Shown: positions 14,401 through 27,310 of the stretch, one piece after another
How the letters are laid out: each line of letters starts with the position of its first letter
Numbering within the stretch: the stretch's first letter is position 1
Source of the DNA: Octopus sinensis
Taxonomy: Eukaryota
Direction of reading: 5' to 3'
DNA length: 64,000 nt
Assembly: GCF_006345805.1 (NCBI RefSeq)
Contig: NC_043014.1
Span: 12,462,001 to 12,526,000, forward strand
Made by a program: the position numbers and the translations under genes
Notes under the pieces: model-generated
Databases searched by the model: none
What the model saw: the letters and a program-made list of their open reading frames with translations, nothing else
What the model was told of the DNA's origin: nothing

Positions 14401-15147
14401 TAAAATCAATATGAATTTAATCACTGCTGTATGAAGTAATCTGCAAAAAAAGAAAAATAATATTAAAAATGTAGAAGTCAATGCTGATTTTACTGTAATT
14501 TTTTGAAAAAATACCTTCAAAATGATTGTCAGAGATGTGACAGGACCTTCTTTCCAACGTTATACATTCTTCACCGGAGAAGGACTTATTAATCACAACC
14601 ATCTGTTTATCTCATTTCTTGGAGAGAATGAAATCTATCTGGATTTTATGTTCATATAACTCGGAATATGATCAAAATGGTTGGTTGGTTTCTTAAAAGT
14701 TTGTGGGTAACTTATTTGGAAGCCTTGATCCCTCTTCATTTTTTCAAACCATGTATGCAGTCATCATGTATTCCGAAGTAGACATCATGGTGTTGCCCAG
14801 CTGTCAGTCCTGATTATGTCATGTAAACTGAGAATAATAAGAGCTGTTGTTTTTTTGCCTTTTACTAGTTGAAGCTTAATTATTGTCATACACTCTGACT
14901 ACTTCAGTTACTTTATGTATCCATATTTATCTTTAGAGAGAGAGGGGAAAGTGTGTTGAAGACCATTGCATGTGTTTGTGTTCCTAACTCAAACATCACC
15001 TAACTTAGTAGCGCAATAAATATATATGGGTGAAATAAGTACCGGACTCTGTATGAGCGACTAATACCTATCAAGATGATGCCCCAGCATGACCACAGTT
15101 TAATAACTGAAACTAGTAAGACAGTGTGTGTGTGTGTATATATATAA

Positions 15148-15535
15148 AGGCGGCGAACTGGCAGAAACGTTAGCATGCCGGGCGAAATGCGTAGCTGTAT
15201 TTCGTCTTCCTTTACGTTCTGAGTTCAAATTCCGCTGAGGTTGATAAATTAAGTACCAGTTACGCACTGGGGTTGATGTAATCGACTTATTCCATTTGTC
15301 TGTTCTTGTTTGTCCCCTCTGTGTTTAGCCTCTTGTGGGTAGTAAAGAAATAGGTATTTCATCTGCCGTTACGTTCTTAGTTCAAATTCCACCATAGGTT
15401 GACTTTTCCTTTCATCCTTTCGGGGTCAATAAATAAAGTACCAGTTATGCACTGGAGTCGATGTAATCGACTTAATCCCTTTGTCTATCCTTGGTTGTCC
15501 CCTCTGTGTTTAACCTCTTGTGGGCAATAAAGAAA
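15148..15535 (+). mobile_element. OK-like SINE, internally duplicated (also 1-401 -, 45760-45985 +, 29275-29480 +)
   Basis: ggcggcgaactggcagaaacgttagc head; gagttcaaattcc B box; multicopy. Confidence 0.8.
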
Positions 15536-16199
15536 TATATATATATAAAAAAATTTTTCGTAATGATAAAAATGAGATAAAAAACCAAGGCTCTGTAGAT
15601 TTTAGAACATTTATAGGTAGAAGGTCTTATAGCTGTTTCCAGGATATTTATTATATCCCTTCATTGGAGATGGTGTGAGAGGATGGGTAAATAATAGTTA
15701 ATTTAGATAAGATACAAAATAGAGAGTGAGGTGGAGGAAAGAAAATAGATGTGAGATATGTAGGGATATTGCATTTGTAGATCCATTTTTTAGGCAGAAT
15801 GGTATACATATAAGATTCTAATACCATATGAGTAAAATCCAATAGTATTTAAAATTGATCATTCCAAGTATAGAGTTTATACACAGTGTTATTGAATCAA
15901 GGGTTTTATTTAAAGTGACCTTATATATATATATATATAAAAAATTTAAAAAAAACCTATATCAGAAAGTACACTCTAAAAAATAGAGCAGTAATTATTG
16001 CAAGAAAATTTCATATAGAGTTATCCAAGGTTTCACAACCACAAAACCAAAGCCTTGTGGATAGCTAGTCAAAATCTGTATAAATACAAAATTTAAAATA
16101 TTTACATTGCAGATGTGAGGAAATGCTCAGAATTTGAAGAATACAAAAAAAACGTAAATGAGGGCTGGTTATTTCCTCTTAATCAAAGGGGAAAAATTT

Positions 16200-17670
16200 T
16201 TTATGGACTCGGAGAGGCCTAACGAGCAAATGGGGGAGATCCAGTTTTCCAGTAATTAGTGCTTAAAGTGGATACATTTAGAAAACACTTCTTTTCAGCT
16301 GTTAATGCACCAGGCTTCTTATAGTCCTTAAGAATTTTGGTTCTCTCTTTGAAGCAGATCTTGCAACGGCCACGTCCATTAATATACAGGCTTGGATAAT
16401 CAATTAATTTCCACCTGATATCACATGGGGTCCCTGATCTTTGAGGTGCTACACATAGCGAGCCAGAGATGTGACAAACTGTCTTACTGGGACTCTGAAG
16501 GATGACTGGTGGTTAAGAAAATGTCTCTTGAATGAAGTATTCGCCGAACCCATATATTTATAAACATGGGATGTGGCCTTATTTGCACTCCTGGTAACAT
16601 ATGGTGCGGGGCTGGTCATCCCATCAGTGTCAAAGATAAATGTTTGGTCCTCATTTGAGGTGGCGGAACTGGGAACGGCAGATACCTCCTCCAAGTCATT
16701 GGTTTTGGATAGGTCATCATTTCTAGGTATGTCATTTGTACTGGTGTTCACATACATTGTGGGTCTGGTCACTCTATCTGCATCTATGGGTTGTTCATTA
16801 TCCATAGCGGTGATACCAGGATCTTTGGTGACACTCTCTGTGATGCTGGTCCTGGCTTGGTTATTATCTCTGGGTGTAGCAATTGTATTGGTGTGAGACC
16901 TGGTTAATCTGCTAATAATATTACTGTTTGATGTTACTGTTATTACGGATATTAGGTCTAGATATCACTGTAGCTTCATAGATGACCTCTTCAGCCTTGC
17001 ATCGGCCTCCTATTGGACATGTATTATATACCCTGCAAGAGCAACCTGCCTCCTCCCTTGGATTGTATGTACTTCATAAAATGTTTTTTTTTATATTAGG
17101 TGCACAACTAAAGGAGACTCTCAGGCTGTGCCTGTTAAACAAATGCCTGTATTTATGTGTGTGTGTAAAATGTTTGTCTATTAATCTAAGGAAAATCTTT
17201 CCCACACAAGTCTTGACGTTGAGTGAGAAGGGTGGAGCAAACCAAATGACATTTCTGCGGTGCTTCCTTTTCTGGGTGCTAGGGTCAGGCATGTAGGAAA
17301 TGCCAGTGCCTCATTGTAGTGGGCGGAGAGGGGGAGCAGTGACGTCGAAGATGTCTTGGCTTGAGGATAGATTTGAGATCCTCTTGCTTACACCTTTCAC
17401 TAGGGTCTTGAAAACTATGGGTGTGGCGGGGTGATATATAAGACAGTCTCTCATTTGGCTTGTGATAGGGCCTGTATGTACCAGAGCTCAGATCTAAAGT
17501 AACATCTAAAAAATCTACTGTGGTAAGATTAGTCTCAATAGTGATCTTGAGACCCATTGAGCTTAAGGTGCTACTTAGGTCCTTTCTAAGTCTGTCTAAC
17601 ATGTAGCCATTGACTCCTTTAGAGATGGCTTGGGTGTCATCTCCGTTTAGGCCAAAGAGGACCTTGGATA
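16200..17670 (-). mobile_element. Penelope-like element fragment (RT C-terminus plus GIY-YIG)
   Basis: VDFLDVTLDL, YRPYHKPN, IWFAPPFS, CSCR..TCP.GGRC, VIYEATV, YMGSANTSFK, CKICFKE. Confidence 0.88.
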
Positions 17671-18639
17671 ACTGTATTTAAAATTTTGTTATTATATATA
17701 TATTATATAAAATCTGTTCTGTCTGTCTGTGTGTGTGTCTTCTAGGATCTCGGGCATCCTCCATCCGATTGCTCTCAAATTTCATATGTAGATACTGACG
17801 GTAAGTCTTGAAAAAATTACAAAAATCGATTCCAGGTGAGAATGCGATCAATAAAGGGAATAAAATCGTTTTTCTTTGGAATAGAAAAAAGGCTATCTTT
17901 ATTTCTTCTTTTGCTGGTATCTCAAATTTAGGTTAAATCAGTGTTTCTCAAAGGGGAGGCCTATGGGATGGTCGGACAAGTTGTTTTAAGAAAATTTGGT
18001 TTAAATGTTTGACAACTCAACACCGTCCATTGGACGGAGGGGGGACGTTTTGCTTGTATATGTATATATGTGTGTGTGTGTGAGTACCTCAGTCATCACT
18101 CCCTGTGGACTCCAGGATAACAATGTACAAGGAGATATGTACTTTTATAAAACATATATTAAATTATTTCTAAGACAGTGATTATTTAAAAGGCACTTAT
18201 ATTGATCTCTATACTTGCACATACTGTTAGATTTATTATCTGAAGAGTATTAGTATTATTGTTATTGCTGGGAAGTGATCCCCAAAGTACTAATATCATT
18301 TATACTAGATATTTATTATTTACAGAGAAGCTAGTGTTGTATCAACTACATGAATAATTAAAGGTATGCTCCACATCGTTATTGCTATTTCATTTCTTAT
18401 TGTTAATAGCTGCTATATTATCAGCTAAATTGTGTGTGTTTCTGACTTCTTGTCTTGACATCCTGTGATAGTCGTAAATGGGTGTCACTATCGTACAAGC
18501 AGTGTCATTCATCTCTTATCTTCAAATCTTCTGTAAAAGCATTTTGACATAAATGCCATGACATCTAAATTCAAATTTAGATTACATAATCATATATATT
18601 CCTTTAATAATAAAAGGAAAGCTCTTAGCACTTCACTGG

Positions 18640-18860
18640 CTAGATTTATCAGGGATCTGAAAGAAAGTAGTGTTCTATACTTGGTTCCTTAGATATATAC
18701 ATACTGCACTTTCATACAAAATGAGGATGGGCTCTTGTAATCTGTGTTTGGTGCAAGCACAAGAAATTCTCAGTCGTAAATTTAATCTAATTAATAAGCA
18801 TAATGAATTATTGATCTATTGTTCCTACTGTTCTTGGAAAATTCCATTTCGCAAACTTGC
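18640..18860 (+). mobile_element. Penelope GIY-YIG C-terminal remnant
   Basis: CNLCLVQAQEIL...LINKHNELLIYC resembles CxLCLxEK...LNKRxEL. Confidence 0.6.
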
Positions 18861-19714
18861 ATTACTTATGCTTTATCATAAGTATTTCTATATACAATGT
18901 CTGCTACATCATAATATTTCCTGCGTAAATTATTTTCTCTATAACTAAAAATTTATTACGGAGATGTACTTGCATAGCATGTGACATGATCTGAGATCAT
19001 GTGCTGAAACAAAAACAATTGCAGCATGGAAGGTGTTTATAAACTATTTAAAAACACACAAAAACTGTTAGATTCCCTTCAACATTTAAATTTAATTTAT
19101 CAAAATATTTTTGCTGCTTTGAGACCGCGACCTGTTCACTGACAAAATTCGTACTGCAGCTTCAGTAAATTAGTAAATTTATTTAATTTCAGTTGGAAAT
19201 TATCTAATATTGAACTATAATTCTTATGGCCTTATTTTGTATCTTTATTCTAATTACTTGCCTTCATCATCTCATGTCTTATCTTTTTTCTCTTTATATT
19301 TCTCTTCTTCCTATTAACAACACTTCTAGGAATTTAGTAGTAAACTGCTGTATTTTTGTCCCTTGGGTTTCTTGCTACTTCTCTAGTGTATATGTATTCA
19401 ATAAATCTTACTGTTCCCTGGTCTGTCACCCTTAGCCATTTACAATAGATTAAATGAATGGGAACTAATAAGACTTTTTGTCTTCATAATTCCACTGTTT
19501 AAGTGTTTCTCTGTTAGTGGTGACAACTTGCACTTGCTGTTTAATTTATTACTGATTATTTAAGTCCCCACCTTTCTGGTGATATATATCTAACCAAATT
19601 CAGCTATGTACACTAGTATTACTCTTACAGTTTATCTGAAGAAATGACTGGTGGAACTATCAAACACTTTCTCCAACTCCATGATAAAAAAAAAAACCAA
19701 AAAAAAAACAGGAA

Positions 19715-19965
19715 TACCAGTTTGTTATTAGCCAAGTACTTCTGCAGTTACCTCACCTAGAAGATTGCATCTGTGATGCCTTTTCCAGGCATGAAACCAA
19801 TTTGCATCTCATCTAGATCTACTGTATCACAAATCATTTGTGCTATGATTCTCTCTATGACCTTCATAGCCTGATCCAGTTGTTTGTTTCCTCTATAGTT
19901 GATTCTCTTTAAGGCATTGCCTTTCTCTTTTGTAGCAGTTTAAAATTATACTTCTATGTCAATCA
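19715..19965 (-). mobile_element. RTE-clade LINE RT fragment
   Basis: NYRG..LDQAMKVIERII...DEMQIGFMPGKGITDAIF. Confidence 0.75.
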
Positions 19966-20891
19966 TTAGATATCTCACACATACACACATTCATTTTTAT
20001 ATGTATGTGTGTGTGGATGGATGGATATTCATATGCATAAATTCAAAATGATTATTCTTACTTTATTGGGTGAAGGTGCATCTTTCTTTTCCATTTCTGA
20101 TCTCTCATCAAATCACTCTCAATGGTTTTTTTTTTTTTTGCCTCTTCTATTGATTACTAAAATTCAAATATGGTTCACGCTCTAGTAACCTAGACCATAT
20201 GTAATCTTGAATTTTTTAAAATATACCAGTTTTATTTTTAAAAAAAAAGACCTTCTGCTATAGCACTTGCCCTTTCATAATGCATATAAACTCCATGGTT
20301 CATCAGAACAACACATCAGCTTAATTACCTCTTTTCATCACTGTTTTACCATCCTCTTTTCCATGCTGGCATGGATTGGATGGAGTTTATTGGGGCAGAA
20401 TTTTCTACTGCTGGATGCCCTTCATGTCGTAAACCCTTGCCTGTTTGCGAGCAAGGTAATCATTCACTGTGACCAGACATGTTCTTGTGGAATATTGGAA
20501 ATGAATGACACTGCTTGTATGTAAGGGACTCTTATTTACAACTACCACAAGATGTCAAGACAAGGGGACACAAACACACACACATCTAAATTGAAGGAGT
20601 GGAAAAGGTAAAATCCAGGCTACATATTTTTTTTTTCGTTAGGGATGCTCAACTTAGCTAATCATCAGGCTGAGAATACCTTAATTAAATGAAGGTTACA
20701 TTGTTGCTTGGAATTTCCAACTTAACTCACTGCATTGTTCCTTATTGTACACTGTCCACTTTTTGTTCTTTTGTAAGCTTCAAGCAGTCCTGCCATGGAC
20801 TGCTTGAAGCTTACAGATTTCCTACACTTGGATCCCTGGATCTTACCCTTGTGTGTGTATGTGGGTGTATGTGTGTATATGTTCTTATGTA

Positions 20892-22110
20892 CAGGGGTTT
20901 GGCAAAATAATGGAAACACCTTAAAATTTCAAACAAATTACTGCCTTTGGCAGTAATTACAGCTTGAATTCTATGAGGTATGAACGTGTACAAAGTTTGA
21001 ATTGTTTCCAAAGGAATTTTTGTCCATTCTTCAGCTAAAACAGTCTCCAGTTCTTGTAGTGATGATGATGGAGGATATCAACTCCTTACTTGTTTTTCTA
21101 AAATGCCCCATAAATGTTCAATAATATTGAAATCTGGGGACTGTGGTGGCCAGATAAGATGTTCAACTTCATTAGAATGTTCTGCATGCCATTCAGTAAC
21201 AGCTTTTGCTGTGTGAATTGGGACATTATCATCCTGAAAGATTGTGTTTCCCTCTGGAGACAGTTCTGCAACCATAGGATGAATTTGATCAGATAAAATA
21301 CTTAAATAGTCTTGACTATTAATTCTGCCATGAAGGGAAACCATTGGACTAGCAGATTTCCAAGTTATAAACCCCCCAGATCATCACAGATCCTCCTCCA
21401 TGTTTAACAGTTGAAAGAAGGCAGTCTGGGTCAAATGCTTCCTTTGGCTGTCTCCACATGTATACTCGGCCGGTGGTCTGAAATAAGGTAAAGGATGACT
21501 TGTCCGAGAAAATAACATTCTTCCACTGCTCTATGGACCAGTTTTACTCCACTCTAAACGCTTTGCAACGTTTGTGTTTGAAAGTAGTGGTTTTCTGATT
21601 GCAGTCCTCCCATGAAATCTAGCTTTGTGCAGCTCCCGGTGAACAGTTTTTGTGGAAACTGGGTTCTTGAGGTGGTCATTAAACTCTGCAGTAATTTGGG
21701 GAGCTGTACTTTTATGATGCTTTCTAGCTATTCGTGTAAGAGTCCGACGGTCCCTTTCTGAAAGTTTTGTTTTGATGAGGAGGTTTTTTCCCTCTTTCTC
21801 AAAGGCTGTCGTTACTTTTGAGACAATACTTCTTGATACACCAAACATTTCGGCTGTTTTCATTATGCTAGCGCCTGCCATACAAGTACCAACAATTTGA
21901 CCTCTTTGAAAGTCTGATAGCTCTGTCATTTTAATGAATTTTAATTACCTTTTTCTGATGATATCTGAAAAGAAACAGCAATCTTAGCAAAACATATTAA
22001 GCAACACTAATAATAAATAAATAAATATACAAGCTTTTGATGGTTTTATAGATATTTCAAAATTATGATGCTATGATGCGAGGTGTTTTCATTATTTTGT
22101 CCAACCCCTG
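20892..22110 (-). mobile_element. Tc1-family transposon, DD36E (Incomer-like), defective
   Basis: TA|CAGGGGTT...AACCCCTG|TA, ~30-bp TIRs; MTELSDFQRGQIVG, VIFSD, KHGGGSVMIWG, FQDDN-...-IIE with 36 residues between D and E. Confidence 0.92.
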
Positions 22111-22259
22111 TATGTGTATATGTGTATGCTTGTAATCAAACACTCTATTTAAGCAAAAAATAAACTCTAAATTCACAGTTTGAAGACCAATTTCAAGCAA
22201 GAAACTTCGATCAGAGAACACCTTTTGTAAACATCAAATTATTAAAGTGGAAAAATTAT

Positions 22260-22787
22260 CATCAACAGATGATGCAGTACAACCATTTGAAGAGGCTCCA
22301 TGTAATTGAACAATGCAATCATTACATCAATTTACATGTAGGGATGTCCTCAGCTGCATAAATGAATAAATAGAATTTTTTAATTAGTTGGACGCATATA
22401 ATTTTACTCAAATGTTCTAATAGAGCAAGATTAGGGAAAGAGTCCATGTTGCCACTAATGTAGTTAAGAATATACTACACTTCTAAGAACTGTATGAAGT
22501 TTGTTGGGGGTCATAGCTTATTAGTCTTATTATCAAATCCACTACCAAATCCATTAACAAACTTAATGTAGTATATTCTTAGCTACATTAGTGGCAACAT
22601 GGACATTTTCCATATTCTTACTCTATTAGAGCATTTGAGTAAAAATTATATTAATGTGTCTAACTGATAAAAAAATTATATTTATTTAGGCAGCTGAGGA
22701 TAGGCCTGCATTTAAACTGATGTAATGATTGCATTGTTCAATTAAACGGAGCTACTTGAAACAGTTGTACTGCATCACCTCTTGATA
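22260..22787. mobile_element. Old foldback MITE with ~220-bp inverted arms
   Basis: 22260-22480 is the diverged reverse complement of 22565-22787. Confidence 0.8.
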
Positions 22788-23668
22788 TCCTGTTGCTTAT
22801 TTTGATTTTATTCACCTTAATTTGAGTTGTACGGATAATACTGCACTTATCTGGTGCTTCAACTTAAGTACCTAATTCAACTGGATTTCTCTCTCTCTCT
22901 CATTAAACGATGATGATGATACATACATACATATATGCACTTAACATTAATTTTTTTTTAATTAATCTTTAATTATGAATTGTTATTTCTTGTTTACTAT
23001 TCTTTTATTCTTTTACTTGTTTCAGTCATTTGACTGCGGCCATGCTGGAGCACCGCCTTAAAGGGTTTTAGTCGAAGGAATCGACCCCAGGACTTATTCT
23101 TTGTAAGCCTAGTACTTATTCTATCGGTCTCTTTTGCCGAACTGCTAAGTTACGGGGGCATAAACACATCAACATTGAATGTTAGGTGAAGGTGGAGAAA
23201 TGAACACAGACACAAAAACACACACATACACACACGACAGGTTTCCTTCAGTTTCCACTATCAAGACTTTGGTCTGCCCAAGGCTATAATAGAAGACACT
23301 TGCCCAAAGTGCCATGTTTATTCTTTTTGGTGTTATGTTTTGACTGTCTGACTCCTTATACTAAATTTCTACCAATCATTTGGCTCCTTCACTATTCCTT
23401 TTCATCTAAACCTCTCTACATGTTTGTGTTTAACCCTTTCAATCAATTTATCCTATTCTTTCTTTTATTTTTTCTTTCTATCTTCTTTCTTTACTTTTGC
23501 CTCTTTCTCTCTGGTCATTACTGTTTTCTTTGAAGCTACTCTGGAAATGCTCATCACAGTTCATTTCTGACCTCTTTATATCAGTGGTTCTGGCCCTTTT
23601 TTTATTATCCAGACCAGATCCAAAACCTCAATTTTTTTCTAAATCCCAAAAAGCAAAACACAAATCAA

Positions 23669-23898
23669 TTAACCCTTTCGTTACTGTATTTATTTTGAGA
23701 TGCTCTGTGAATCTTTCAAATTACTTTAAATATAACAAAGAATTTAGTAAAATAACTTAGTTATCATTAAGCTAGTGTTAGGAACATAAATTGGGACTAA
23801 GGTTTGGTGGAAGATTTTAATTCAAAACTTATGGAAACAAGACATTTGTACTATAGAGCCAGAGCCGGTTTCAGCCAGGTTGGTAACGAAAGGGTTAA
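23669..23898. mobile_element. piggyBac-like MITE (others at 13469, 24089, 37558, 46229, 47763, 49924, 56036)
   Basis: TTAA|CCCTT...AAGGG|TTAA ends, ~225 bp, multicopy. Confidence 0.8.
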
Positions 23899-24509
23899 AG
23901 AAAAATTATATTTATAGAGGGAAGACTGTCAGGGGTTGCTGGAAGGATGCTTAAGTTAATATTCAACCCTGAGAGCCGCAGTTGAAAACCACTGCTCTAT
24001 ATGTAGATATTTAAATACTGTTTTTCTTTTATCAGCTAAACAACTGTTTGAGTATATAAATACTAATCAATAGGTTCAGCTTCAAAATTAACCCTTTAGC
24101 ACTTAAACCAGCCATATCAAGCCAAAATATTCTGTTTCATGTTCAAACTGGCTGGATTTGGCCCCTCACACCTACCTTGCAAATATCATTCTAAAAATTA
24201 ACTGCTACCTCATCAAAATCTCAGAGCTGTGGCATAATGCATGGTTAATTCAAAATAGTGTCAATAAATAAGCAATATATTTGATAGAATAACCTGAATG
24301 CTAAATGGTTAATCTTATGAAATGAGACCCCATATGCTTCCTAAAACTTTATTTTATTTACATGTCCAAGTGGATGTTTCCTCACTACTTGACTATAGCC
24401 CCTACTACTTCCACCAAATTATTTGTATCAATATATATAAGTAAATTTATCCCAGTTTCCTAGTATTAATTTATTCATTCTGTCATGAAGAAATGACTAT
24501 AGGTTATAT

Positions 24510-24985
24510 TTAATATATAGAGAATACCAAACGAGTTCCCTATGGATACCGTATTTATTACAACGATTGGCTTGTAAACGTATCTAACGAGCGAAAGCAA
24601 GTTAGATACGTTTACAAGCCACGAGTTGTAATAAATACAGTATCCATAGGGAATGAGTTTGGTATTTTATTTATTACACACGAATAAACGACCATATTTT
24701 ATTAACCCAATAACTAAATTCTTCACGTTTAGTTGTAACTTATGAATGACAAAAGTAGTGCCGTCACCGTGACCTCGGGTCATCACCATGGATTGACCAA
24801 TCAGAAGCAGCGCTGTCACCGTGACCTCGGGTCATCACCATGGATTGACCAATCAGAAGCAGCGCTGTCACCGTGACCTCAGGTCATCACCATGGATTGA
24901 CCAATCAGAAGCAGTGCTCGCAGTATCTGACATATGTTAGATACCAAAAATATCTCAAAGTGTTCTCACTCACATATGTGTAATA
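24510..24985. mobile_element. Non-autonomous element with 150-nt hairpin and 3x52-bp repeats (possibly Crypton-derived)
   Basis: Inverted arms 24520-24670 around GAGCGAAAGC; tandem units start at 24763, 24815, 24867. Confidence 0.55.
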
Positions 24986-25329
24986 AGATTTGATATTACA
25001 TAGCCATTGTTATATTCATATTTTCCATCTTGTTAATTGATTATCCGATCCATATGTTGTCGAAACAGTTGTAACCAAAGACTAATTGTGACACTAGTAA
25101 CTTCTTTTTTTTTTTTTTACTTGTTATACATATGTATTTTTTATTTTATTTTTTGTATTTTATTGGTTTCAACCAGAGGCTGTGCCATGCTGGGACATCA
25201 TCATTAGGATGGTTGCATGTTTACTTCAAATTTACTTCCCAGCCCTTTCTCTGGAATTGGTTCTGGTGAAATTATGAGATAGACAAAGCTTTTCTTCTTC
25301 GCGTTTCTTGCTGCAGTGTGGGATCAGTT

Positions 25330-25880
25330 GTTATTTCAGATAAAAATTGTCTAAACATTCTTAGAACACCTCCACATCTACATCTCGTAGATCTCTGAGG
25401 GTTTTCTGGCAGGGCCTTTGAACTCGAAACTGTTTCAGTATTACGTCCTTACTCTAGGTAGAAAGTGCTAAACCCTCCTGGGTCTTCCATGTATATCTTA
25501 CTGCACATCCTTCACATCTTTGCTGTAGGTATTAGAGCCTCAGCTCCTTTATCCTCTCCCTGTAGCTCATCTGTTTCACTAATGCAGTCTTCTCAGTGTA
25601 GTAGTGTTGGATTAACAAGGTTTCTTTTTTTCATTGTTCTGAATGATCTCAGAATCCAAGCAACCATTTGCCAGCACCTTGTTGCCTTCTTCACAATATG
25701 CATATAGAATGACGCCTCATCACTCATGTAGATTCCAAGGTAATGCACCAACTGTGACTCTAGGATTGCAATACCCACTGGCTTTCTATATTCTGATTGC
25801 AATCTGTTTGTGGCTGATAGCTAAGTGCCTGAAAATTTTCAGCATTGAACTGCATGGTGTTTTCTTTAGCCTATTTATAT
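25330..25880 (-). mobile_element. LINE RT C-terminal remnant (CR1/L2 group-like)
   Basis: YLGIYMSDEASFYMHI...MVAWILRSF. Confidence 0.6.
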
Positions 25881-26224
25881 ATTGCACTCAGGTAGCTTTG
25901 TATTGGGTTGTCCAGAAAGTTCGTACCGATTTTTAAAGGAAAGAAAAAGGTCGATAAATACTTGCCATTACATTTTTAATCAACCAAATACGAACCATTT
26001 TGTTGCACAATGCATCTCCATCTTTCCTTTAACTTCTTGGAAATAGTATTATTTGTGTTTTTGTTCTTTAAGCATTACATCCTTGAGATCACATAGAGAT
26101 TATACTTAATTTTGTTCTTGGTTTAACATTCCTAAGATTATGTTGCCTTCAGGCTACCTGATATTTGGTCAAGTTGTATATGTGTGTGTGTATCTAAGAA
26201 TATATATATATATATTGCTAATCA

Positions 26225-27310
26225 GTACTTCAGAATTCCCTTCTCATGTGCCTGGACCTTCTGCATTACAAACCCTCTGTCCCTGGTATTGACATTGCTT
26301 TGACATTGCTCCAACTCTTACTGGTGTAAATTGTTTCATAGTCCATCTTTGATGGCTGACCCAAACAATCTCCACAGCTTCCTAGAGCTTTAATTTCCTG
26401 GTTTATGGTCTTGCTGGTGTGCCTGATTCACTCTTCCTCAGATTGTAGCAATGCACTACCACCTCTTGACTTGGTGGCTTTGAATTCTTCTAGCACTGGT
26501 AAGTGGAGCTTGGAGGTCTTACTGTAAGGGTTGAGCTGTAATTTGGGGAAATACTCAGCCATCTTCATATAAATTTATTGCACCAAGGAGGAAGTCATAA
26601 AGTAGGATAACCACTGCAGTTTAGATAGGATGTTGTACTGGAAGCACCACACCTTAAACCGCTCAAGTAGCAGACTATTCCTGAGATGAGGAATTATTTA
26701 CATTTGGCAGATAGGTATCCTCATCTTGTTTGTTGTTACCACGTTTCAGCCTTCATCAGGTGTCCTGGTGGAATTTCAAACCTGGGTTCTCATTCCTAAG
26801 GTATTTTTATGCTGATGATATTATTATCATAATTTATTCAAGTCACTGCTTGGAATTGAACTTGGAATCTTGGGGTTAGTAGCCTGTACTCTTAACCACT
26901 ACGCCATATGTCCTGCATAATCTTGTAGATTGCAAGCCTTGTATATTCATCAGTTTCTTGGCCTCCTAACTATATTCTTCCCACCTCTAGTTGTAGGATC
27001 ACGGCAGCTAGAAACAGGACCATGGTTATTGTGTGCCTTGCCATAATACCTTCCCGGTCTGCCATTTGGTGGTGATATTTCCCTCAGCGAACCTCATCTT
27101 CAATGAATCCATATACAAAAGCAATAGTTTGACTAGTACTTGCTAGTACCCCAATGCACTTTGAATTAGCTGGTAGGACACACATAAACAAGCTTTGACA
27201 AAATCTAACCATATTACTGAAAGAGAGTTGTTGTTCCTCTTCGTTTCCCTAATTATCTGGCAGACAGCTGATATATGCTCACAGTATCCAGAACGCCCTA
27301 GGACGCTCTC
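26225..27310 (-). mobile_element. Degenerate R2/HERO-like non-LTR fragment
   Basis: RFKVWCFQYNILSKLQW resembles the FKxWxYQxGILPRLLW motif; interrupted by a small repeat. Confidence 0.45.
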
